Source of the DNA: a bacterium
GTDB taxonomy: Bacteria; UBP6; UBA1177
Assembly: GCA_017645765.1 (NCBI GenBank)
Contig: JAGCNV010000016.1
Location: forward strand, 36,316 to 100,315
Reading direction: 5' to 3'
Length of the DNA: 64,000 bases
Shown here: positions 1 through 8,067 of the stretch, piece by piece
How positions within the stretch are numbered: position 1 is the first letter of the stretch
Layout of the letters: the number at the start of each line of letters is the position of its first letter
Notes under the pieces: generated by a model
What the model was told of the DNA's origin: nothing
Seen by the model: the letters and a program-made list of their open reading frames with translations, nothing else
The model's database searches: none
Translations under genes and position numbers: made by a program

Positions 1-3000
1 TCCGTCGTTTGCTCCTGCAAAAATTCTCGTTGTATTTTCGTCGTCGTAGAGGACAGCGACCGGTTTCGAGTGGACGATAGCACCGAGAAGCAGCGGACGG
101 AGCGTGAGTTTAGTCTTTTTGTTGAAGTCGATGTTGAACGGGTCGTCGACCTCGAAAGTCTTGGTTTTTTCACCGGTAGAAGTCGTAAACCAGTCTTTTG
201 TATAACGGACATTCTTGTCGTCACCGTCATTGTCGTCGTCAAAACTGTCGTATCCCGCCATATAGTCAAGGATTTTCCTGACATCAGGATTTTCTAAGTT
301 GTTACCTTCACGGAATTTATTGTAAAGATAGTTGCTGCCAGGATCTACATCCTTAAGCAGGGAAATAAAACCTTTTTTGTTCTCGTCGTAGTAAATCTTT
401 CTTTTCGAGGTCTTATAACACGGAACAGACGAACAAGCCCCTTCTTTAATCTTCTTTTCGAGCTTGAATGCCGCACCGCCGATCATAAGTTTTTTATACT
501 GATCGACACTTTCGGAATCGCTGCCGCTGAAATCAGTGCCGCTGTCCTGGCCTTCCGCGAAACAATCCTTAGCATCGAAATCCTGTTTCTTCCATTCACC
601 GCAGTTTGCATCCGTATCATCCGTGATAGGACACTCCGAACCGCCGTCGACATTGTATTTCTTGAGGTTTCCGAACCAGAAACGGCTTACCGAACCGTCT
701 ACAGGAACAGTTCCCGCGACGTAAGCATCCGGACCGCGGTATTTTTCCTCGACATCGTAAGCCTGAACCAGAGACGAAGTCCAGTGAGGACGACCGACAA
801 CGACATCCGAGTCTCTTGACTTCGAAGCAAATGCCGCAAAAAGACTCGTAAGATCGTTGAAGTTACCGCCCTCCGAGGTTCCGCTTGCGTTGGTTGAAGC
901 AGTAAGGCCGAAATATTTACCTTTAACATTGTCGGATCCTTTCGTCTGGGTCGCGACACGTTCCATGAAACTTTCATCCATGAAACTTCCGGTCGAACCG
1001 CCTGTTCCCGAAGATTTCAGAGTGTCGTACATAGCTGAAAGTCCCCACTCGCCGATCGCAATGGAGTGGACTCTGTCGATTCTCGGCACGTTAGCTCCGG
1101 TGAGACCTACAGCCGACGGATCGCAGCCTTTCGGATTCTCGTCAACAGACTGTGCGCGGCATTCTTCCTTACCCCAGAAAGAATGGCTCGTGCTGTTTAC
1201 GAACGCAGAGACATTCAGAAGCGAACTGTTGTACCAGTCCTTTGTTTCGTAAGGCGCGAGCTGGTGCGGATTGGTATCAGTCGGCGTTACGCACGGATTT
1301 TCAGCATCCGCAGCCGTATCACTGAACGGCTTGCATGATACTTTGTCACCTGCAACGCCCTTGCCGTTCAGCCTGTCGTTGTGGTCATACTGCGGCTGGC
1401 CGCCCGAAATAATGATCGCTTCATTGGAGTTGCACTCAGGCGCAGCGGCTGCATAAGGAGAAGTGTATCTCTTCGTTTTATATTCACCGTCGTACAGTGC
1501 ATACATTCCGCCGAGATAACGCCAAGCATCGTAAAGAGTCTCGCCGAGTGTCGAACCGCCTATCGCCTTCAGAGCCAGAAGCTCCTGCTGGAACTTGGTG
1601 ATATTTGAAGGATTGGTCAGATCAAGTGCCGGCATAACAAGACGTCCGCCGTCTCCTTTCGGGATCTTCATCCAGAATGTCGGATAATCGCAGTCATTGC
1701 TGTTCTGACTGAGGTCTACCGAGCAGCAGCCCGATGTACATGTCGTGTCGCAGTCGGTGCCCGTCCAGCCCCAGAGAACATCATAGACGCATGTCGGAGT
1801 TCTTACCGCCGCATCGTTTGTCGTAAACATGGAGGTCAGAGAATCTCTGAGATATTTTGAACCGTTTTCCGAATAAAGCAGACTGTAGTTGTGATACCAT
1901 CCGTCATAAGGCGAAGTCGGGTTATCAGAATCTTTAAAATCGAGGTACGGAACAAGGTTGTAGTATCCCGGAGTTGAACCTTCGTTTATGTGACCGTTCA
2001 CGATTTCAGCCTGATATCCGCTCGATTCCGTTCTTCCTCCGTTGCTGGTTGTCGCGTACTGATAAATACTTACAGCGCAGACACAGTGGTTGTTCGGACA
2101 CGGTTTCGGATTGGAACCCTGGCTGACTTTCGACGACATGTTGACACCGACAGGAGTCTGGTGATGGTAGTACAACCCCTGCTCGCTGTTGATGCAGCGG
2201 CAGCAGTCTTCTATTTTCGAAACATCGTCGACCGTACACTGATCTTCCATACAGCTGTTGATGCCGTTGAACTCCTGCGCATCCGTCATATAGAAGAAAG
2301 ACTGACATTTCCACGGATCGTCATAAACCTCGGCAGCTCTGCACAGCCATGAACATGCGACTTTCGTTGCAGTACCCCACTGGTCTCTCGCAAGAACCTC
2401 TCTCTCGATCGTTCTCGATTCGCAGTATTCGACTCTTGAACCTTCACGGTTCTGGTTCAGATAATTCGGAGCCTGGGAAGCACTCGGGCACGAACCGCCG
2501 CTTATAACCGCCGTTTCCCTGTTGTAGAAAGCGACTTTGCACTCGTACTCAAAGACCTTCTTGGCACTTGAAGAAGTCTGGTACTCAAATACCTGATACA
2601 ATTCTTTGGTAGGATCAAAAATAGTTTTCGGATCGACACTCTGCGTCTTGTATCCTTCGTCAAAAGAATATTTCAGGTTGACCGAAAGATTAAGGGAACC
2701 GTATTTGCAGTTGTTTCTTGTAAGCGTCACTACTGCACGCATACGGTAACCGGTTTCACTGCATCCGTCGAGCGTTCCCGATATCGACGGACAATCCGAT
2801 GCGGACTGGCATACCGCCGAGCCGAACGGAATCGAAGGTTTGCCGGTTTCACCGACACAGCCGTAGTAAACTTCAACTTTTATGTTATCGACATAATTAA
2901 AATCAATTGCAGCCTGGTTGTCGATATAGACCGTTGCAGCAATGCCGGTACAGGTATCGCTGTCACTGTCTGCGCCGCAGACTATATACGGATCAGTAGC

Positions 3001-4773
3001 GGTAAGAACGGAAACCGGATCAAGCTCTATAGTTTTGCTGTCATCGCCGAGAGCGCTGCCGACTTTGCAGGTATCGCACCCTTCATTTTGCTCAGTAGTA
3101 CCTTCTTCTGCACAGATCAGTTCCTGACAGCAGTGGTTCGGATCCTGGTCGAATTCGCTGTAGTAATCAAGGACACAGTCGTAATTCGGGTTGCAGCAGC
3201 TCGGATCATCATTCGGTTTATTCTGATAATCACAGGTTTCTTCATAAGAGGAGCAAGTTCCTATCAGATGTCCGTCCACTGTTCCCTGTTTTGTTTTGCA
3301 GTTTGCATCGTTGTCCCTGCAGTGTGGGTTCGTACACTGCGTTGCCTTGCAGCACTTTTTATTCATTGAGAAAGCGTAAGTGCCGAGAAGTTTATCCGAC
3401 GGAGTCTCCTTCGAACCTTTGTAGTTCGAGCATTTCGTTTCGACGAAAGAACCGGTTCCGTCACCGTTGCCCTTCCAGATCATACATCTGCCGCATGTTG
3501 ACGAAGCAGTCGTTGTCGTAAGTTCAGGATACGACACTGAATCACTGCATGAAGTATCTTCGTTGTCTGGTATTCCGCAGCCATACTCCTGACTGGTATA
3601 AATCGAAAAATTATCTTCCATGCTGAAGTTGTTGCATTTGCTTGCCTGGAACGCCTTCGGATCCTCAGAATCCTGAGCCGATTCACCGCTTGACGGAGTT
3701 TTCAGTTCTGCCTCCCAGAGCGAATCTATCGCTTCGCGCAGAGACTCCAGTTCGGCTTCACGGACACTTTCATCAACACCCGACAAAGTCGGATCAAAAG
3801 CAACAAAGCATGTATTTTTATCAACCATGACAGCCTGACCGTCCTGCGTAACAGGATTTCCGCTGGCATCAGTCTGCTGTTCCTGATATGTATTTTTAGG
3901 TTTGTAGGTGGTTTTGTGACACTTGTTCGATCCTCTGGTTCTCGGCTGGACTGAAAAAGAGTGGACGTCGCCGAGAATTATTTTCAAAGCATCAAGCGAT
4001 GTCGTATATTTCCAGTTGAGCCAGTGTCCGCTTACACCGGTAACACTAAGACGGTAGGTCGTATTTCCGACTTTCATCTTGTCGCTTCCGTCAGTAAGGC
4101 AGTCCCAGTCGCTTCTGTCGGCGATAAAACCTCCGCTCGACTCCTTGAAACTGTCATACTGCGCGTCATTCATTCCCAGCTTTTCCTTATTGTAGTCATC
4201 AGCCGAAGAAGTCCCTTCAAGAACATCGCCGTGCGTATCGGCAGTCCAGTCGTAGAAACAGATATCGTCCTTATATGTTTTGTTCGGATTCCAGGGACCT
4301 ACATACTTCTTCATTTCATTGGTACTCGGGGAAGTATTGAAACGGTCAGGTTCAGGATATACGTCTTCAGAAATCTTTCTGCAGTGACTGTGCAGCTTGT
4401 CTTTAACGGTTTCGATCTGCTTGCATTTTGACTTTACGTCACCGCAGTTAAGATCGACGTCGCACATCGCGTTGTTTTCGACGTTACGGCACTGGTTGTA
4501 GGCATTGTTGCAGAGCGCCAGCGCTTTCTCCAGGTTTGCTTCGCCGTCCTTGCACGTATCGGTGTAGTCACTGTACGCGAAAGAGCTCATGTTGTCCGAC
4601 GAATCGACGATGAAAATCTGGTGGGGCATCTTCTTCGAACTCGTAATCATAGCCGCGACATCGTCTTTGAGAGAGTCGGAAATCGTAACACCTTCTGCTG
4701 CGATAGAAAAACACAACAGAACATTAACAAAAAAGGCTAAAAAAAGTTTGCCTGGAAACGTACTTTTTCTCAT
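1..4773 (-). CDS. PilY1-like type IV pilus tip-associated adhesin, 3'-partial. More than 1590 aa with a signal peptide, a vWA MIDAS-like DSSDNMS motif, and a Cys-rich body.
   Basis: Hand translation of the minus strand from the ATG at 4771-4773 (revcomp ATGAGAAAAAGTACG, GGGGTGG RBS 5 nt upstream) runs in frame to position 1. The track lists no minus ORF in this frame and omits edge-truncated ORFs. The N-terminus MRKSTFPGKLFLAFFVNVLLCFSIAAE is a signal peptide. HQIFIVDSSDNMS is a DxSxS motif. It is the last gene after the pilV/W/X-like genes, as in fimU-pilVWXY1 operons. Confidence 0.6.
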   Translation of the reverse strand, partial: MRKSTFPGKLFLAFFVNVLLCFSIAAEGVTISDSLKDDVAAMITSSKKMPHQIFIVDSSDNMSSFAYSDYTDTCKDGEANLEKALALCNNAYNQCRNVENNAMCDVDLNCGDVKSKCKQIETVKDKLHSHCRKISEDVYPEPDRFNTSPSTNEMKKYVGPWNPNKTYKDDICFYDWTADTHGDVLEGTSSADDYNKEKLGMNDAQYDSFKESSGGFIADRSDWDCLTDGSDKMKVGNTTYRLSVTGVSGHWLNWKYTTSLDALKIILGDVHSFSVQPRTRGSNKCHKTTYKPKNTYQEQQTDASGNPVTQDGQAVMVDKNTCFVAFDPTLSGVDESVREAELESLREAIDSLWEAELKTPSSGESAQDSEDPKAFQASKCNNFSMEDNFSIYTSQEYGCGIPDNEDTSCSDSVSYPELTTTTASSTCGRCMIWKGNGDGTGSFVETKCSNYKGSKETPSDKLLGTYAFSMNKKCCKATQCTNPHCRDNDANCKTKQGTVDGHLIGTCSSYEETCDYQNKPNDDPSCCNPNYDCVLDYYSEFDQDPNHCCQELICAEEGTTEQNEGCDTCKVGSALGDDSKTIELDPVSVLTATDPYIVCGADSDSDTCTGIAATVYIDNQAAIDFNYVDNIKVEVYYGCVGETGKPSIPFGSAVCQSASDCPSISGTLDGCSETGYRMRAVVTLTRNNCKYGSLNLSVNLKYSFDEGYKTQSVDPKTIFDPTKELYQVFEYQTSSSAKKVFEYECKVAFYNRETAVISGGSCPSASQAPNYLNQNREGSRVEYCESRTIEREVLARDQWGTATKVACSWLCRAAEVYDDPWKCQSFFYMTDAQEFNGINSCMEDQCTVDDVSKIEDCCRCINSEQGLYYHHQTPVGVNMSSKVSQGSNPKPCPNNHCVCAVSIYQYATTSNGGRTESSGYQAEIVNGHINEGSTPGYYNLVPYLDFKDSDNPTSPYDGWYHNYSLLYSENGSKYLRDSLTSMFTTNDAAVRTPTCVYDVLWGWTGTDCDTTCTSGCCSVDLSQNSNDCDYPTFWMKIPKGDGGRLVMPALDLTNPSNITKFQQELLALKAIGGSTLGETLYDAWRYLGGMYALYDGEYKTKRYTSPYAAAAPECNSNEAIIISGGQPQYDHNDRLNGKGVAGDKVSCKPFSDTAADAENPCVTPTDTNPHQLAPYETKDWYNSSLLNVSAFVNSTSHSFWGKEECRAQSVDENPKGCDPSAVGLTGANVPRIDRVHSIAIGEWGLSAMYDTLKSSGTGGSTGSFMDESFMERVATQTKGSDNVKGKYFGLTASTNASGTSEGGNFNDLTSLFAAFASKSRDSDVVVGRPHWTSSLVQAYDVEEKYRGPDAYVAGTVPVDGSVSRFWFGNLKKYNVDGGSECPITDDTDANCGEWKKQDFDAKDCFAEGQDSGTDFSGSDSESVDQYKKLMIGGAAFKLEKKIKEGACSSVPCYKTSKRKIYYDENKKGFISLLKDVDPGSNYLYNKFREGNNLENPDVRKILDYMAGYDSFDDDNDGDDKNVRYTKDWFTTSTGEKTKTFEVDDPFNIDFNKKTKLTLRPLLLGAIVHSKPVAVLYDDENTTRIFAGANDG

Positions 4774-4792
4774 TTTTCCACCCCTTTATTCC

Positions 4793-5446
4793 CTAATTAC
4801 CATTATCTTCATCATTAATCGGTCTGTTTTCACCGTCTCTCGAGAAGCAGCTGATCAAACCTATCGTCTTCATTTTTCCGAGAGAGAAGTTCGGTTTACC
4901 CTGAATTTTATTGGTCTCGTCCTTGAAAGTTACGTAGTTGGCCGAACCGACGTAAATAACTTCCCTGACGTCGACCGTTATATCATAGCAGGCATTTTTG
5001 TCTCTGCCGTAAATTGCCGTACTGTCAGGATTCAGACCGTACACTTTTGCAGTTTCGCTGGTCGTCAGCCTTCTTGCGACCGCACGGTATGCGAATTTGA
5101 CATCGTCAGCAACAGATGCCGATGAAATGTCACCGCACGGATAGTATCTGAAACTTCCGTCATTCTCCGTCGTGCTGCCGCCCATACCGTTACCTATCGC
5201 ATAAGCGTCTTCGAACTGATAGGTCGAATCAATGAGAGAACGCATCTCGCCGTTTACGATGTTTACGGCTGAATAGGCGAACGTCAGAAGTCTTCTGTCC
5301 TGAAGATCCTTACCTGTCGTATGAGCTGTTTCCGAAAGTCTCGCCATCGTGGCAAGCGCAATGATCGAAAGGCTCATCGTCATCAGAACGCTGATGAAAA
5401 GCGCCACACCTAAGTGTTTTTTGTCAATTAAATCAAACATTTGCAC
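4793..5446 (-). CDS. PilX-like type IV pilus minor pilin/assembly protein
   Basis: 217 aa with an N-terminal hydrophobic segment (GVALFISVLMTMSLSIIALA) typical of the PilX N-domain. It sits between the PilW-like and PilY1-like genes. Confidence 0.5.
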   Translation of the reverse strand: MQMFDLIDKKHLGVALFISVLMTMSLSIIALATMARLSETAHTTGKDLQDRRLLTFAYSAVNIVNGEMRSLIDSTYQFEDAYAIGNGMGGSTTENDGSFRYYPCGDISSASVADDVKFAYRAVARRLTTSETAKVYGLNPDSTAIYGRDKNACYDITVDVREVIYVGSANYVTFKDETNKIQGKPNFSLGKMKTIGLISCFSRDGENRPINDEDNGN

Positions 5447-5453
5447 CTCTCAA

Positions 5454-6533
5454 CTAATTACCGGCATGATCTTTGAGATAGCGATAGTTCGAAAGATATA
5501 CGACCCGGCTGAAAACCGAAGCGGTGTAACTCAAACTATTCTTCAAATTATCAAACTGATAGCAGTATTTATTGTTAGAACCCGTGTCGACACTGAAAAT
5601 ACAGTATCTCGGCATATCTGAGGTCGAGCCTTTATCTCCTTTTGATATTCTTTCTTTTTTGGAAAGAAGAACAAAACCGAACCTTACCGCAACAATGTCC
5701 TTTATATGGTCTTTAGGATAGTCGGTACCGTTCGGGAGCCATTTTCTGCAAATATCCTTCCCGCATTCCCACTCTCCGAGGAATTCGATTACGAATTTCG
5801 GCATTATGTAAAAATTATCACTTTTATTACTTTTATATGAGAAATTTATCAGATTTCCTTCGCCTGAATTGTCCTTTTTCTTGTAGTCGAGCTTAAGATA
5901 GTTGTCGGAAAGACTGGGATTGTACTTCAAGTTATAAATAAAGTCTTCTCCCGTAACAAGCGAACCTACCGGAAAAACATCCCTGCAGGTGTCGCTGCCG
6001 CTTCCCGGAGCAGTTCCGTTGAAACCGCTGACTTTCACGGTAACTCCGTCCTCGCCGTAAGTAACATTAGAAGAACTAATCTGAGAAGTTTCATAAAGGC
6101 CGTTCTGGTTGTGAAAATAGAGTTTGTCGATCGATTTGTAGAAAGATGCACTGTTGAAAAGCTTGAATTCGCAGCCGTCGGAAATCGGAGTAGACGGAGA
6201 AACCGCCACTTTAGTAACAGGAGATCCGAAAGGTGAAAGATATTCGAATTCCATAATGGACTGTTCCGTATCGATTTTGCGGATAATACCGTTTCCGTCG
6301 TCCCTGAAATCGGATGCCACACTGTTGAGACCTATCAGGCGGAAAGATTCCGAAAGAGAGTCCAGAATCTGTTCGCCCATCAGATTCTCGGCAACGCGTA
6401 TCGATGCAGAACGCTCTGTTCTGAGAGAAGCTTCATACAACTTATAAAAAGAGGCGATGATCGTTATGGTTATAAAAATGCTGACCATAAGTTCGATAAT
6501 AGTAAAAGCCTTGAAACAATTGACTTTTTTCAT
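5454..6533 (-). CDS. PilW-like minor pilin (prepilin-type N-terminal cleavage/methylation domain)
   Basis: Leader MKKVNCFKA followed by FTIIELMVSIFIT, a class III signal with Glu at +5. 359 aa. Confidence 0.6.
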   Translation of the reverse strand: MKKVNCFKAFTIIELMVSIFITITIIASFYKLYEASLRTERSASIRVAENLMGEQILDSLSESFRLIGLNSVASDFRDDGNGIIRKIDTEQSIMEFEYLSPFGSPVTKVAVSPSTPISDGCEFKLFNSASFYKSIDKLYFHNQNGLYETSQISSSNVTYGEDGVTVKVSGFNGTAPGSGSDTCRDVFPVGSLVTGEDFIYNLKYNPSLSDNYLKLDYKKKDNSGEGNLINFSYKSNKSDNFYIMPKFVIEFLGEWECGKDICRKWLPNGTDYPKDHIKDIVAVRFGFVLLSKKERISKGDKGSTSDMPRYCIFSVDTGSNNKYCYQFDNLKNSLSYTASVFSRVVYLSNYRYLKDHAGN

Positions 6534-6542
6534 GCCAGCCTC

Positions 6543-7082
6543 CTAATAAGCCCTGTTGGAGCGCACAAGCGGAATTGAGAGCGTATTGCAGTTTGCATCG
6601 AAATCACCGCCGTTGTTGTTCTTACACGAAAATCCGCCGTGTCCCATTTTCGGCCAGTAAACGGAAACTTCGACTTCATAGAGAGTCGAAAGATAGGTGC
6701 CGCCTATGACATAAGTTCCGGTTGCCGCTGAATAAGGTTTTATTACAATATTTCTGTAAAATGCGTAACTTGCAGTACCCGTCATATAAAAAGGACTTAT
6801 TTTGTAGGATGATCCGAAATATTTTTTATCCTGCAGAGTGCTTTCCTGAAGTTTGACGACGGAACCGCCTGTTCCTGCAAGTTCCTTGAACGAGTCGTAG
6901 GACATCGAATTGAACTCTTCGACAAGGTTGAAAGCAAGCGCGTGGGCGAACTGAGCCGATTCGTTTTCAAACAGAACGGACATCGAATGAGCGTGGAAAG
7001 CCATGTAGCCGAGCATCGAAGTTGTAAAAACAAAAATCGAAACCATGACTTCCATCAGGGTAAAAGCTTTGTTCTTTCGCAT
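6543..7082 (-). CDS. PilV-like minor pilin (prepilin-type N-terminal domain)
   Basis: Leader MRKNKA followed by FTLMEVMVSIFVF. 179 aa. Confidence 0.6.
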   Translation of the reverse strand: MRKNKAFTLMEVMVSIFVFTTSMLGYMAFHAHSMSVLFENESAQFAHALAFNLVEEFNSMSYDSFKELAGTGGSVVKLQESTLQDKKYFGSSYKISPFYMTGTASYAFYRNIVIKPYSAATGTYVIGGTYLSTLYEVEVSVYWPKMGHGGFSCKNNNGGDFDANCNTLSIPLVRSNRAY

Positions 7083-7094
7083 ATTCCCTCCTAC

Positions 7095-7850
7095 CTAAAT
7101 ATCAAGCAGTGCGGCACTGGTACCGGCAAAATCGCTGTAACCTACAGAAGGTTTGTTGGAAAAAACCGTGCAGATCGAATATTCGCCTCTCTGGTCTATA
7201 TCAAGACGATACCAGATCGAATCGTTGGATCCTGTCGAGATCTTCGAACGTATAATGGCGGAAAAAACGATATCGGGAAGAGTATTTGCAGCAACAGCGC
7301 TTCCGCACTTGCCGTTCTGAGGGTCGGCGCCGCTTACGAAATATCCGCCTTTCGTCTTTATCTTTCCGTTTGAATTAAAGTTCAGCAGAGTACTGAAACC
7401 GGTCAGCGAATCGTCTTCGTTGACAACTTCTATCGTGATCATGTTCGGAAGTTTGTTCTGTTTCAGCATAGTCGTGTTGGCATCGGCAGCATCCCAGGTA
7501 TCAGTATTCATCGACTGCTTCTGGTAAATCGCATATTCCGATTTTCTGAAGACCATTGCAGTCTGGCGGCGGATACCCATATAAACAGACATTTTGCCGC
7601 TATCATCATCACTTTCTTCGGCATCGACATTTGTCGGAATCTTGATACTGTTGTTGCTGGTACCTACGACCGTGTATCCCGCAACCGATCTCGCCTTGGA
7701 AAAATCGGAAAGAATTTCCATAACCGTCTGCAAACCGCGGTTTCTGGCATTCCAGACCTGGACCTTGGGAACCGCAACAGTTGCAACTACCGTCAGAATC
7801 CCCAAAGTGATCATCAACTCAAGCAATGAAAAACCGTTTGTCTTTCTCAC
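7095..7850 (-). CDS. GspH/FimT/FimU-like pseudopilin
   Basis: The track ORF begins at a TTG at 7865. A GTG at 7848-7850 with a GGAGG 5 nt upstream gives leader (M)RKTNG followed by FSLLELMITLGILTVV, a typical short prepilin leader. Confidence 0.55.
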   Translation of the reverse strand: MRKTNGFSLLELMITLGILTVVATVAVPKVQVWNARNRGLQTVMEILSDFSKARSVAGYTVVGTSNNSIKIPTNVDAEESDDDSGKMSVYMGIRRQTAMVFRKSEYAIYQKQSMNTDTWDAADANTTMLKQNKLPNMITIEVVNEDDSLTGFSTLLNFNSNGKIKTKGGYFVSGADPQNGKCGSAVAANTLPDIVFSAIIRSKISTGSNDSIWYRLDIDQRGEYSICTVFSNKPSVGYSDFAGTSAALLDI

Positions 7851-8067
7851 GTCAGCCTCCGTCAAACATCAACTCGATTTTTTTATTAAATATACAAATA
7901 AATTTCGTCCGCCTGTGTAGAAAAGAACCTCAAACAACCGCCGAAAAAGTACGGCTGTGTAGATTCGTACCATGTTTTTGAAATAAAATCAAGAATTTAA
8001 GCGATTTTTATTTTTTTCACTTTTCAAGCATATTTTTTGTCGTTTTTTTATGCTTTTTTTGTTGATT

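Noticed and set aside
70-4431. Short plus- and minus-strand ORFs listed in 1..4770 (for example 857..1252, 1990..2352, 3961..4431, 699..977)
   Set aside because: All lie in frames other than the single uninterrupted minus-strand frame (4773 down to 1) that encodes the PilY1-like protein. They are interpreted as chance ORFs within that gene.
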